From NCBI GenBank assembly GCA_963799485.1, contig CAWCXJ010000008.1:32001-96000 (forward strand): a stretch of DNA of 64,000 nucleotides. The letters are read 5' to 3'. Below the pieces are notes generated by a model, which was not told where the DNA came from, searched no databases, and was given only the letters and a program-made list of their open reading frames with translations. Position 1 is the first letter of the stretch. Each line of letters begins with the position of its first letter. The stretch is from an uncultured Trueperaceae bacterium (GTDB taxonomy: Bacteria > Deinococcota > Deinococci > Deinococcales > Trueperaceae). The position numbers were made by a program, and so were the translations under genes. This document shows positions 39,724-49,843 of the stretch, piece by piece.

Positions 39724-41040
39724 GTGCCCACCTCGACGCGACGCCGCGCCCTCGGTTACGGCGTCGCCGAAGTCGGCGCGTCGCTCTCGTATAATACCGT
39801 CAACTTCTTCCTGCTCTTTTTCCTCGTGCAAACCGGACTCAGGCCCGGACTTGCAGGCGCGGTGCTGCTCGTGGGCCGCGTGCTCGACGCGCTCGTCGAC
39901 CCGCTGCTGGGCAGTTTAAGCGACGCCGTAAAAGCCCGTTACGGACGGCGTAGCCCTATCATCTTCTGGGGTGCGCTGCCTTTCGGCGCGACGTTTGCGC
40001 TGCTCTGGCTGGTCCCGAACCTGCCTTTGGGCGTACCAGGAACGTTCTGGCTGGCGGCTCTCGCGCTCATCGTTCACGCCTGCGTGTTTACCTTTGTGCA
40101 GACCTCGTATCTGGCGATGACCCCGGAGTTGGCCCCGGAATACGAAGCGCGTACCGTCCTGAGCGGCTACCGCGTCGTGTTTGCCACCGCCGCGTCGCTG
40201 CTCGCGGCTGCCGCGCCGCCGCTTTTGGCCGCGCAGGTCAACGCGTGGGCGGGCTTGGGGGCGGACTCGAGCCTCGGGTGGGGTGTGATGGGTGTTTCGT
40301 TCGGCACGCTGATGAGCGCGTCGTACCTGGTGATGGTCGCAACCGTCGCGGAACCCAAACGCCTCGCCGCCGCTCCGACGGGCGGATTTTGGGCCGGGGC
40401 CGAGGCGGTGCTAAAAGCTCGCGGCTATCCGGCGCTGCTCCTGCTCTTTTCCGCCGCTACGCTCGGGATGGGGACGCTTTCGGCGATGTTGCCCTTTTTT
40501 CTGCTGAGTCGGCTCGAGCTTGCGCCCCTCACGCAAACCGGGCTTTTGGCGCTGCTCTTTATCGTCGCGGCGGCGTCGGTGCCGCTCTGGACGTGGCTCT
40601 CTAAGCGTCTGGGTAAAAAGCGGGCGTTTGCCGCCGGGCTCGCCCTGCTCGTTTTGGGTTTGCCGTCACTCGTTACGCTGTCGCCACCGGGGGCCGTGTC
40701 CGCTGTCTTGGTCTTTTGTACGCTGCTGGTCGGGGCCGGGGTCGGGTCGGTGCTGCTGTTTCCGTGGGCGCTGCTGCCCGACGTGATCGAAGGGGACGCC
40801 GAAAATCAGGAAACGCGGCGCGACGGGCTTTTTTACGCGCTCTTTACGCTCTGTCAGACGGCGGCGTTTGCGTTTGCGGCGGCGCTTTCGGGGGGGGTGC
40901 TCGAGCTGACCGGCTACCGCGCCGGGGCCGCCGTGCAGAGTGCCGGAGCCTTGATGGGGGTGCAAGGTCTTGTCGGCGGCGTAGCGGCAGGATTCTTTTT
41001 GTTGGCACTCGTGCCGCTTTTACGGTATCCGTTTCGCTGA
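39724..41040 (+). CDS. MFS transporter, GPH (MelB-like) family
   Basis: DALVDPLLGSLSD..RYGRR, PDVIE..RRDG. Confidence 0.9.
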   Translation: MPTSTRRRALGYGVAEVGASLSYNTVNFFLLFFLVQTGLRPGLAGAVLLVGRVLDALVDPLLGSLSDAVKARYGRRSPIIFWGALPFGATFALLWLVPNLPLGVPGTFWLAALALIVHACVFTFVQTSYLAMTPELAPEYEARTVLSGYRVVFATAASLLAAAAPPLLAAQVNAWAGLGADSSLGWGVMGVSFGTLMSASYLVMVATVAEPKRLAAAPTGGFWAGAEAVLKARGYPALLLLFSAATLGMGTLSAMLPFFLLSRLELAPLTQTGLLALLFIVAAASVPLWTWLSKRLGKKRAFAAGLALLVLGLPSLVTLSPPGAVSAVLVFCTLLVGAGVGSVLLFPWALLPDVIEGDAENQETRRDGLFYALFTLCQTAAFAFAAALSGGVLELTGYRAGAAVQSAGALMGVQGLVGGVAAGFFLLALVPLLRYPFR

Positions 41041-41042
41041 GT

Positions 41043-41756
41043 TTAGGTGAAGTGGAGGTCGGTGCCGTACATGATTAAGCCTAACTTTTTAGCTACGGCC
41101 CTAGACGCCGTGTTTTCCCAGGACGTGCTGTAAAGCGGGATTCGTCCGGTTTTACTGACTTCCAAAGCCCACCCTGCAACAGCTTTTACGGCGTAACCCT
41201 GACCACGAGCTGCTGGAACGGTCTCGAGCCCCGCTTCAGCCGCGCCCGGTGAACGTTCGGGTGAGGTTCTCGAGCTGCAACATACCGACACCGCACGATT
41301 TTCCTGGATTACTGCAACGCAAGGTCGTACGGACTCTAAATCGGCCTTCCACTCGGCAAGATGCGCGTCTAGCAGGTCGGCGTTGGCTTCGGTTATCGTC
41401 ACGGTGCCCGGCACAGTCTGAAGTGCGTCGGGAAACCGGTAAGCAGGCCCAGACCACACAGCTGTAATCGGCCCATGTTGCCGTAAAATCTCTTTGTAAA
41501 CTTCTAGATAAGCAGACTCTTCGCTGAGGGTTCCAGGTTCTTTGGCGACGACTTCTTCTAGCTGTTCTACAACTGTTTGCGGCACATCATCCCGAAACCG
41601 GCAGATGACGCCCTCTTTCGTGCGGCCCAGAAAAAACCTCGGCGCTTCGGGGCGTTCGGCTTCGTTCACGTACAAAAGCCGCTTTGCCCCGTCTTGAACG
41701 AAAAGCGTTTCGGCCTGTAAGGTGAGAAGCTCTAAGTCGCTCAGCATGTCCGTCAT
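41043..41756 (-). CDS. GNAT-family acetyltransferase
   Basis: ETVPAARGQGYA, NTASRAVAKKLG. Confidence 0.88.
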   Translation of the reverse strand: MTDMLSDLELLTLQAETLFVQDGAKRLLYVNEAERPEAPRFFLGRTKEGVICRFRDDVPQTVVEQLEEVVAKEPGTLSEESAYLEVYKEILRQHGPITAVWSGPAYRFPDALQTVPGTVTITEANADLLDAHLAEWKADLESVRPCVAVIQENRAVSVCCSSRTSPERSPGAAEAGLETVPAARGQGYAVKAVAGWALEVSKTGRIPLYSTSWENTASRAVAKKLGLIMYGTDLHFT

Positions 41757-41763
41757 CTTATTC

Positions 41764-42162
41764 CTAGTCCGGATAGATAAACCCGAACAGCCACAACGTC
41801 CACACGGCGAGCGTCTTCATCGGTCTGTAGAGCAGTGCGCCGTAAACGAGCGCAAATCCCGCGACGACAAACGCCAATCCTGAAAAAAAGCCGTAAGCTC
41901 GCACCAACAGTACGGTTGTCAGGATGCACAACACCGCCGTAAAAAAGTAGTTGAGCGTCGCGGCAACGAGCCAGTTTCCGGCGTCGCCTCTGGTAAACTT
42001 CGCGTGACACACGCCGCACACGTCTACGATATTAAACGGCCCTTTGGCGATACGGCCCGCGCCACAGTTCGGGCAGCGCAGCGCAAAAACCGCCGTAAAA
42101 AACCGGCGAAACGCCAGCGCGACGTCCCCCACAGGTTTTTCTTTACCGGGGCCGCCTTGCAC
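41764..42162 (-). CDS. DUF983-like membrane protein
   Basis: RCPNCG..CGVC followed by two TMs. Confidence 0.75.
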   Translation of the reverse strand: MQGGPGKEKPVGDVALAFRRFFTAVFALRCPNCGAGRIAKGPFNIVDVCGVCHAKFTRGDAGNWLVAATLNYFFTAVLCILTTVLLVRAYGFFSGLAFVVAGFALVYGALLYRPMKTLAVWTLWLFGFIYPD

Positions 42163-42165
42163 CTG

Positions 42166-42399
42166 TTAATCCCGCCGCAGGTACAAATACGCAATATTGA
42201 CGAACAACAAGACGAAGGTAAAGAGCCAGGTGACGGTAGCGATGACGAGCAAAACAGCCCACACGGGCGGCAATTGTGCGCTCTGCACGACCAAAAAGAT
42301 ACTGACGATGCCGGCGACAGAAACGACTTGCAACAGGGCGAGCAGCCAGACAATCCGCCATTTTTGCCGCCGCGTTGTGCCCAGCTCGAGCATTCCCAT
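42166..42399 (-). CDS. Small two-TM membrane protein
   Basis: 77 aa; TAAACT 6 nt before ATG. Confidence 0.6.
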   Translation of the reverse strand: MGMLELGTTRRQKWRIVWLLALLQVVSVAGIVSIFLVVQSAQLPPVWAVLLVIATVTWLFTFVLLFVNIAYLYLRRD

Positions 42400-42790
42400 A
42401 GGCTCAGTTTATGCGATTCTTGGGCGCGCCTGCCCAAACCGGTCGCATAACCCAGCTGCATAACCCAACAGCGTAACCGTGCCCCACTACAGTATGCCCC
42501 GTTACGGTGCGCCCACTCTAAAATGTTTCGTACGCGCGTAAATCTTTATCCTGAACAAACGTTTACCGAGCGTTGCAGCACTTGCCAGGAACAGCCAAGC
42601 TTCCTTTTTCAGGTTGGCCTGGCCCCATGCAGTCGCCGCGTTTACTGAGCGCAGGTTGGCAAAATGTGCGTTTGAGGCAGTATCCGGTTCGGTAAAAGTT
42701 TCGCTGAAAACATGGTGAGCGTACTGCTCGAGCTGCTGAAAAACAGTTCCTTGTGCGGCGCGCGTTATACTCGCTGACATTAGGAGACAG

Positions 42791-43129
42791 GTGCGCGAGC
42801 TTCTTTACAATGCAGGTGGACACCTTCGGCGCGGCCGGGCACTCGCCGAGGCGGGCGACAAACGCGGCGCGCTCCGCGCCTACGCCGACGCGCTCCGCGA
42901 CCTGCACGCCGTAAAACCGCAGCGGCAACGCGACGTTCTCTTAGCGCACGTGTATCTGGCGCGTTACAGTCTCGCTTCTGACAAACGCGACCGGGCCGCG
43001 CAGCACGACCTGCGCGTCGGTTACTCCTACGCCCGCACGACCGGCGAACCGGGGGTGCGGCTGCTTGCTGAAAATCTGTGGGAAAGCTATCTACAAAAGC
43101 GTACACAAGCCGCGCAAAAAACGCCCTGA
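42791..43129 (+). CDS. Hypothetical TPR-like helical protein
   Basis: TATACT, AGGAG RBS and GTG start; helical A/L-rich pattern. Confidence 0.6.
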   Translation: MRELLYNAGGHLRRGRALAEAGDKRGALRAYADALRDLHAVKPQRQRDVLLAHVYLARYSLASDKRDRAAQHDLRVGYSYARTTGEPGVRLLAENLWESYLQKRTQAAQKTP

Positions 43130-43159
43130 CTCGCCGCCGGCCCGGTGTTAGCATAGGCC

Positions 43160-44278
43160 ATGACGCTCGCCTTTTACGACGCTGCCTTGGCCCTCGAGCC
43201 CAACTACCTAGACACCCTTGAAGCACTTGTAAGGCTCGAGTCGCCTACCTACGACAAGCAGGTGGTCAACCATCTGGTCTCACACCTGTGGGCAGTCCTC
43301 AACCTGCGCGGTTGGGCGGTCGAAAGACACGCCGGTGAAACGGTCGGTGACGCGCTTATCGCGCGTAAAAAAGGGGGCGACGGGCCGAAGAGTTTGCTGC
43401 TCGCCCACTGCGACACAGTCTGGCCCCGCGGGACGATTGCCGCAATGCCCTTTAGACGAGGCGGTGACAAGGTGTACGGCCCCGGCGTGCTCGATATGAA
43501 AGCCGGGATTGTGAGCGCGATAGGGGCCGTGTCTCTCGCTGAAGCGGGCGGTTCCCTGCGCGGCCCCGTCACGCTGCTCATTTCAGCCGACGAGGAGGCG
43601 GGTAGCCGTTACTCGCGGACGCTCATCGAAACGCTTGCCAAAGAACACGACCGGGTGTTTGTTTTGGAGCCGGGCCGCGACGACGGCGCGCTCAAGGTCG
43701 GGCGTAAAGGTGTCGGCGACTTTCAGGTGTCGTTTTTGGGCCGCAGCGCCCACGCGGGCAACAACCCCGAACTCGGCGCGTCGGCCCTGCGCGAACTCTC
43801 ACATTTTCTCCTCTTCGTTGAAAACTTGGGCGACGCTGAAGCCGGGACGAGCGTCAATCTGACGGTTGCACATGGCGGCAGCGTCGGCAACGTGATTGCC
43901 GAGGCGGCGACCGCTACGCTCGACTTCCGGGTACTCAAACTAGACGAGGGGTCGCGGGTTGAAAACGCGGTTCGGAGCTACGTCCCGCGTGACCAACGGG
44001 TACAGCTCACGGTAGAGGGCGGGCTGAACCGGCCTCCGCTCGAGCCCACCCCAGCCAACCGCGCCCTCTTTGAAGAGGCCAAACAGCTCGGCTTTTCGGG
44101 CGAAGGCGCGGTCGTCGGCGGCGCATCGGACGGCAACTTTACCTCGGCGCTGGGCGTCCCGACGTTGGACGGACTCGGTTCGGTGGGGGAGGGGCCGCAC
44201 GCACGGCACGAACACATCCGGGTGCGGGAGACGCTGGAGCGGGTCGCGCTCTTGGCGGCCTTCTTAAGCGCGTCTTAA
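43160..44278 (+). CDS. M20 metallopeptidase (carboxypeptidase G2-like)
   Basis: HCDTVW, DMKAG, DEEAGS, GGASDGN, HARHE. Confidence 0.92.
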   Translation: MTLAFYDAALALEPNYLDTLEALVRLESPTYDKQVVNHLVSHLWAVLNLRGWAVERHAGETVGDALIARKKGGDGPKSLLLAHCDTVWPRGTIAAMPFRRGGDKVYGPGVLDMKAGIVSAIGAVSLAEAGGSLRGPVTLLISADEEAGSRYSRTLIETLAKEHDRVFVLEPGRDDGALKVGRKGVGDFQVSFLGRSAHAGNNPELGASALRELSHFLLFVENLGDAEAGTSVNLTVAHGGSVGNVIAEAATATLDFRVLKLDEGSRVENAVRSYVPRDQRVQLTVEGGLNRPPLEPTPANRALFEEAKQLGFSGEGAVVGGASDGNFTSALGVPTLDGLGSVGEGPHARHEHIRVRETLERVALLAAFLSAS

Positions 44279-44299
44279 ACGTCACCCAAACGCTGTGAA

Positions 44300-45901
44300 G
44301 TGCGTGGTAGGGTGACGTCTGTGTTTTTCTCGCGTGCGCTCCTAGCGCTTTTTTGCGGCGCTTTGCTGAGTCTGGCTTTTCCCCCGGTCGGGGTCTGGCC
44401 GCTGGCGCTCGCCCTCGCGCCTTTAATCCTCCTGAGCGTCAACAGCTTGAGCGCCCGCGCCGCCTTCTGGCCCGGTTTCTTTTTCGGTGTCGGCTTTTTT
44501 ACGCTTTACCTGTTGTGGCTCCCGGAAAGCTTCGCGCCCTACTCCGGCGGCTATTTCTGGCTTCTTTACCCGCCGATGATTGCCTTGCTCGGCCTATTTT
44601 GGGGAATTGTAACGTTTACGGCGCGGCTTTTGGGGGGGCGCGGCGTCGGGACGCTGTGGCTCTTGCCCGCGCTCTGGGTTGTCATGGAGTGGGCGCGGAC
44701 ACAGGGGCCTTTCGCGTTTCCGTGGGGCGTTTTGGGCTACGTGTGGGTCGGGACGCCCTTGGCGCAGGCGGCGGACATCGCCGGGGTTTACGGTCTCAGT
44801 CTGTTGACGCTTACGCTCGCTTCGCTCTTGGTGTCGCCCCTCGTATACCGCCCCAAACGCGTTTTGTCAGCCTCGAGGGCGCGCGTACCCACACCTCGGA
44901 AACCCCGGCAAGCGGGCTGGTCGGCTTGGTTGGTCGGTTTGGGCCTCGCCGCCTTATGGCTCGGTTACGGAATTTTTCGGGAGCAAACGGTAACGCTTTC
45001 GGCTCCAAAAACGGCGGTGTTGGTGCAGGGGAGCACCGACCCTTACAACCGCGTTACAGAACCCGGCGGCGAGTTGGGGCTCTACCGGCGTTTAACACAG
45101 CAGGCGTTACAAACATCCGGGCCGGCCGAGGTGGTGGTCTGGCCTGAAGGGGTCGCGCTCGAGCTGCTCTACTCCGGTTACGACCTGACGAGCCCCTACG
45201 CTGCGCCCGACCGGGCCGAGATTCAGGCGAGCGCCGGCGGGCAGCCGGTCATCACCGGGGGCGGGGCATTTGACGAGCGCGCGGTGTTTAGCGCGTCGAA
45301 CAGTGTCTTCGGCCTCGAGTCCGGTGAAGTCGGCGGGCGCTACGACAAGGTGTACCTGGTTCCCTTCGGCGAATACTTTCCGCTGCTTGGGCCGCTCGAG
45401 CCCGTCTACCGCACCGTCTTCGGTTGGTTCGGCTACCCCATGCTGCAAAGCCGTCCGCCGGGTCAGACGGTTGCGCCGCTGAGCGTCGCCGGAACGATGT
45501 TTGCCGCCTACATCTGCTACGAATCGGTTTTCCCGCAGATCGCCCGCACGATGGTCGCCGAGGGCGCACAGGTTTTGGTCAACATCTCGAACGACGCCTG
45601 GTTCGGCTTCGGACAGGGGGCGCGGCAGCACTTTTTAATGGGCAATCTCCGTGCTATCGAAACGCGCCGCTACCTTTTGCGCGACGGTAACGACGGCATT
45701 ACGGCGCTTGTGAACCCGCTCGGGCAGGTTGAAAAGGAACTGCCGAGGGGCGAACGCGGCGCACTTACGGTGCGCTACGGCGAACGGAGCGGTCTGACGC
45801 CGTATGTCCGGTTTGGCGACCTGCTTGTTCTGGGGTCGGCTTTAGCTGTTCCCTTCATCGCCCTTTTACGGCGGCGGGTAAGGGGCTCGAGTTTTTCTTA
45901 A
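44300..45901 (+). CDS. lnt: Apolipoprotein N-acyltransferase
   Basis: WPE, YDKVYLVPFGEY, ICYESVF, SNDAWFG. Confidence 0.96.
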   Translation: MRGRVTSVFFSRALLALFCGALLSLAFPPVGVWPLALALAPLILLSVNSLSARAAFWPGFFFGVGFFTLYLLWLPESFAPYSGGYFWLLYPPMIALLGLFWGIVTFTARLLGGRGVGTLWLLPALWVVMEWARTQGPFAFPWGVLGYVWVGTPLAQAADIAGVYGLSLLTLTLASLLVSPLVYRPKRVLSASRARVPTPRKPRQAGWSAWLVGLGLAALWLGYGIFREQTVTLSAPKTAVLVQGSTDPYNRVTEPGGELGLYRRLTQQALQTSGPAEVVVWPEGVALELLYSGYDLTSPYAAPDRAEIQASAGGQPVITGGGAFDERAVFSASNSVFGLESGEVGGRYDKVYLVPFGEYFPLLGPLEPVYRTVFGWFGYPMLQSRPPGQTVAPLSVAGTMFAAYICYESVFPQIARTMVAEGAQVLVNISNDAWFGFGQGARQHFLMGNLRAIETRRYLLRDGNDGITALVNPLGQVEKELPRGERGALTVRYGERSGLTPYVRFGDLLVLGSALAVPFIALLRRRVRGSSFS

Positions 45902-45986
45902 CTTCCGCGTCACTCGAAAATGTACATCAGGGGAGCGTTGTCTGCCGTTCTAAACCGCCTGCAGCTGCTCGGTTCGTCGTGGGTGC

Positions 45987-46655
45987 TTACTCCGCGACCC
46001 GCGAGAAGTGGTCGCGCAACCGCCCGATGGCGCGCGTTTCACCGATGATGACGACGTTATCGCCGGGTGCGATGACAAAATCGGCACCGGGGCTTATCTC
46101 GAGCTTGCCCCGGCGGTTGACCGCAATCACCTGCACGCCGAAACGGTTGGCGAGTTTGAGGTCGCTGAGGCGACCGCAGAGCCGCTTCTGCGCGGTGAAC
46201 TCGATGACTTCGTAGTTCTCGCCTAAGTTAAAAGCGTCGATAATCGTCGGCGTTGCCAGCGATTTGGCAACCCGCACGCCCATATCGTGTTCCGGACGCA
46301 CGACTTCGTCGGCCCCGACTTTGAGCATTACCCGCGCGGCGGTTTCACTCGTGGCTTTACTCAGGATAGTTTTTGCGCCCTGATTTTTGGCGGCGACGAT
46401 GGTCAAGATGCTGGCCTCGAGGTCGTTGCCAATTGCCACGATGACCTTATCGAAACTTTGCAAGTCGAGCTTGCCGAGTGCGTCTTCGTCGGTGGCGTCT
46501 AGGATAACCGCGTGTGTCACCCCGTCCATCACCGCGTCGATACGCGTTTCGCTGCTATCGGCGACGACGACCTCATGCCCGAGGTCATAGAGCGTGGTAG
46601 CGAGCGCCGACCCGAAACGCCCGGCCCCGATGATGAGATACTGTTTGGTTTTCAT
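45987..46655 (-). CDS. ktrA: KtrA/TrkA RCK potassium uptake subunit
   Basis: GAGRFG, GADEVVRPE, TrkA-C domain. Confidence 0.88.
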   Translation of the reverse strand: MKTKQYLIIGAGRFGSALATTLYDLGHEVVVADSSETRIDAVMDGVTHAVILDATDEDALGKLDLQSFDKVIVAIGNDLEASILTIVAAKNQGAKTILSKATSETAARVMLKVGADEVVRPEHDMGVRVAKSLATPTIIDAFNLGENYEVIEFTAQKRLCGRLSDLKLANRFGVQVIAVNRRGKLEISPGADFVIAPGDNVVIIGETRAIGRLRDHFSRVAE

Positions 46656-46669
46656 AGCGCCAACTCCTT

Positions 46670-48031
46670 CTAACCGATTAATACGCCCTCGTGCGGATAC
46701 TTGACGTTGCTCGCGTGGGGTTCTTGTACCAAAGCCAGCGCAAAGGTCAGCGGCCCGATACGCCCCAAATACATCAGCAAGATAATCACGAGTCGTCCCG
46801 GTATGCTCAGGTCGAAGGTCGCACTCAGCGAAAGCCCCACTGTCGCAAACGCTGAAAACGCCTCGAACATGGTGGTGAGTAGGGGCAGCGATTCGGTCAA
46901 GCTCAGGAGAAACAGCGCGCTCATCACCAGGCCGGTACTGAGCAGCGCGACCGACCCGGCCTTGACGACCGTACCGGTCGCGATGCGCCGCCCGAACGCC
47001 GTGAGTTCGCCGCGCCCGCGAACCATGCTCCAGGCGCTCGCCACGAGGACGAAAAACGTCACAGTTTTAATGCCTCCGGCAGTCGAAGCGGGGCTGCCAC
47101 CGATAAACATCAGCAGCATCGTTAAAAGCAGGGTCGGTTCGCGGAGCAGGGTGTAATCGACGGTGTTGAACCCGGCGGTGCGCGGCGTGACGCCCTGAAA
47201 AAAGCCCATCAGCAGTTTTCCGCGTAGCGGCAGCTCGCCGAGTGTTTGCGGGTTGTTCCACTCGAGCCCCAAGACCGCCAGCGCCCCGAACGCGCACAGC
47301 AGCAGCGTCGTGAGGAGTGCAATCTTGCTGTGCAGCGTCAGCGGAAACTGCCTTCCGCCCCGAAAGCGGGTAAAGAGGTTGAGATGCACGATAAAGCCGA
47401 GGCCACCGATGATAAAGAGCGCACTGAGCACTAAAATTACCGTCGGGTTGTCGGCAAAGCGGAGCAAGCTGTCCGGGTAAAGCGCGAAGCCCGCGTTGTT
47501 AAACGCGCTGACGCTGTGAAAAAACGCGTAAAACGCACCCGCACCGGGGCCGTGCAGCGCCGTAAACGTCGGGTACAAGAGGAGCGCCCCGACGGTCTCG
47601 AAACCGAGTGAAATCAAAAAAATCGTGCGGACAAGCCGCACCACGCCGCCGGTTCCCGTCGCGTTGACCTGTGCGGCGGCGCGGAGCCGTCCCTGAAAGC
47701 CGACGCGCCGGCCGAGGAGCAGCGCCACCATCGTACTGAGCGTTACGATACCCAAGCCCCCGATTTGAATCAGCAGCATAATAATCACGCGGCCCAAAGG
47801 GCTCCACGCGCTCGCCGTATCGACGACGATCAGCCCGGTGACGCAGAGGGCGCTCGTCGCCGTAAAGAGGGCGTCTAAAAAGGTGATATTCTGCCCCGGT
47901 GCGTGACTCCACGGCATCCATAACAGCAGCGTCCCGACCACGATGGCGCTCAAAAACGACAACGCGATAGCTTTCGCCGGTGACGGTTTGCGGTCACTTT
48001 TGCGGCGTGGCTGAGAACGCGAGGCTCTCAT
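46670..48031 (-). CDS. ktrB: KtrB/TrkH potassium uptake membrane subunit
   Basis: CVTGL, FNNAGF, RTAGFN and ATVGLS pore motifs. Confidence 0.9.
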   Translation of the reverse strand: MRASRSQPRRKSDRKPSPAKAIALSFLSAIVVGTLLLWMPWSHAPGQNITFLDALFTATSALCVTGLIVVDTASAWSPLGRVIIMLLIQIGGLGIVTLSTMVALLLGRRVGFQGRLRAAAQVNATGTGGVVRLVRTIFLISLGFETVGALLLYPTFTALHGPGAGAFYAFFHSVSAFNNAGFALYPDSLLRFADNPTVILVLSALFIIGGLGFIVHLNLFTRFRGGRQFPLTLHSKIALLTTLLLCAFGALAVLGLEWNNPQTLGELPLRGKLLMGFFQGVTPRTAGFNTVDYTLLREPTLLLTMLLMFIGGSPASTAGGIKTVTFFVLVASAWSMVRGRGELTAFGRRIATGTVVKAGSVALLSTGLVMSALFLLSLTESLPLLTTMFEAFSAFATVGLSLSATFDLSIPGRLVIILLMYLGRIGPLTFALALVQEPHASNVKYPHEGVLIG

Positions 48032-48216
48032 AAAGTTTCTCTCATCGGGTTGCTTTCACCGTGGGACCCCTGGGTTACGGGCCGCGAGGTTTGGGCCGAG
48101 GTCGCAAGTAGCAGCGAGTATGTGTGGAGCCACCGCCTAAGTTATCATGCGCCGCGCCCGAACGGGTAAAAAATGCTTTCGCTCACCTGACGCGCCGGGC
48201 GGTAAACTAGCCGGAT

Positions 48217-48711
48217 ATGCCCGCTGCTAAACCTACGCCCATGTTCCCCGCTTTTGACGTTCAGCTCGAGCGCCGTGATTTTTTGTACTACACCTGGGTG
48301 CTGGCCCTAAAACGTCCTGTCTTGCCCTTTTTGCTTTACAGCTTTGTATTTCTCTTCTTGGTCGGGATTACCGGCGTGTGGCCTACCGCGCGCGTCTTCT
48401 CGCTCGCCGTGTTTGTGCCGCTGCTTGGGTACTTGTTTTGGGTCTGGAGTTCGGCGATGACGCTCTGGGCGCGTTTCCCGGAGCTCCGGGAAACGCGGCA
48501 CTACCATTTTACGGCGGCGGCGTATCGGTTAGGGACCGCTCAGGGAGAGGCGATCCGTTACAAAGATGTCGAGGCTCTAAGTTCGCGCCGTGCGCTCTAC
48601 CTTATCCGCAAAGACGGCAGTGCGGACATCTTGCCAAGAGACGCGCTCCCTGAAGGACTCGAGGCTTTTTTGGCGCAGAAGCTTACGGTAGAACGCTCGA
48701 GCTTTTTGTAA
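48217..48711 (+). CDS. YcxB-like membrane protein
   Basis: Two TMs plus C-terminal ILPRDAL motif. Confidence 0.65.
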   Translation: MPAAKPTPMFPAFDVQLERRDFLYYTWVLALKRPVLPFLLYSFVFLFLVGITGVWPTARVFSLAVFVPLLGYLFWVWSSAMTLWARFPELRETRHYHFTAAAYRLGTAQGEAIRYKDVEALSSRRALYLIRKDGSADILPRDALPEGLEAFLAQKLTVERSSFL

Positions 48712-48790
48712 CAGGAGGCGTCAGTTTTGTGGGCGAAGTCAACAAGTTTTGAAATGCTTCTTGCTTCTTCTGAGATGCTGTGTTGATTTG

Positions 48791-49005
48791 TCAAGCTTGA
48801 ACCCGGGCAGACTTGAATGGTTTTCGGTGTGTGAGCACCCCAAAGCTGAGCTTCGACAGTTTAGCCGTGCACGCCACCACAGCCGCTTTCTTATGCTTCT
48901 CAGGTGCTACCAAACGTTTAAGAAAGTTGCTGATGGGATTAGATCGTATGGCTGAGAGGCACGGCATATAAAGAATGTGCCTCAAACAGCTCGAGCCTCG
49001 TTTAC
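48791..49005 (-). pseudogene. 3' remnant of an IS110-family transposase
   Basis: KRGSSCLRHILYM..LSAIRSNP..KRL...K.KKAAVVAC..KL...FGVL...PF. Confidence 0.75.
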
Positions 49006-49114
49006 CCTCGATGTGTACACGCATCTGTTCGACGAACAGCGGGCAAACAGTGCGGTCTCGTTACTCGACTTCCTACCCAAAAGCGACCCAGTTAGCAAAC
49101 TAAAAATCCTGTAG
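48992..49114 (+). pseudogene. 3' remnant of a tyrosine integrase
   Basis: RASFTLDVYTHLFDEQR...KIL*; followed by AGGTGCAA x2 and the tRNA-Trp 3' end. Confidence 0.75.
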
Positions 49115-49199
49115 GTGCAATTAAGGTGCAAACCGGCACACACGAAAAGAGCCCCGCAATCAGCGGAGCTTCTCTTTTACGTCTCTGACGCTCTTCTTG

Positions 49200-49275
<76 letters not shown>

Positions 49276-49390
49276 ACAAGACTTGTGAGTATATCAAACT
49301 ACGCGCCCCTCTGCCAAGTCCCGGACATTTGTCATCACCCGCACGTGCTATAAATATAGGTAGGAAACCACCTGTGTTGGAGGAGCCCAG

Positions 49391-49783
49391 ATGACCACAC
49401 AACCAGTAGACACAACCAACATGACCGTGACCGAAGCCGCCGCCCGCAAAGCCGGCGAGCTCTTAGGCAACGCGCAAAAAGACACCGCCGCCATCCGCGT
49501 TTACGTTAAGTCGGGGGGCTGTAGCGGCTACTCGTACGGGATGGCGATTGACGACCGTGAACTCGAGGGCGACAGCGTGTTCGTTGACCGCGGCGTCCGC
49601 ATCGTCATTGACAAAATGAGTCTGCCCTTGTTGCAAGGTTCACAGATTGACTACGTTGAAAACATGATGGGCGGCGGCTTCAGCGTCAACAACCCGAACG
49701 CCACGAGCGCGTGCGGGTGCGGCAGCTCGTTTCGTACCGACGGCAAAACTGCGCCCGAAGGCGAAAGCGTCAGCTGTCACTAA
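49391..49783 (+). CDS. HesB/IscA/ErpA iron-sulfur carrier
   Basis: GGCSG and CGCGSSF motifs. Confidence 0.95.
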   Translation: MTTQPVDTTNMTVTEAAARKAGELLGNAQKDTAAIRVYVKSGGCSGYSYGMAIDDRELEGDSVFVDRGVRIVIDKMSLPLLQGSQIDYVENMMGGGFSVNNPNATSACGCGSSFRTDGKTAPEGESVSCH

Positions 49784-49798
49784 AGCTTAAGCAGCTAT

Positions 49799-49832
49799 AA
49801 AAGAAGCGGCCCCGTAAAAGGCCGCTTTTTTT
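49799..49832. terminator. Bidirectional terminator
   Basis: AAGCGGCC/GGCCGCTT stem, T7 run on the plus side, A-rich flank on the other. Confidence 0.88.
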
Positions 49833-49843
49833 GTACTCAGCGT

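Noticed and set aside
42502..42780. 92-aa ORF
   Set aside because: No recognisable motif or RBS, and it overlaps the promoter of the divergent gene.
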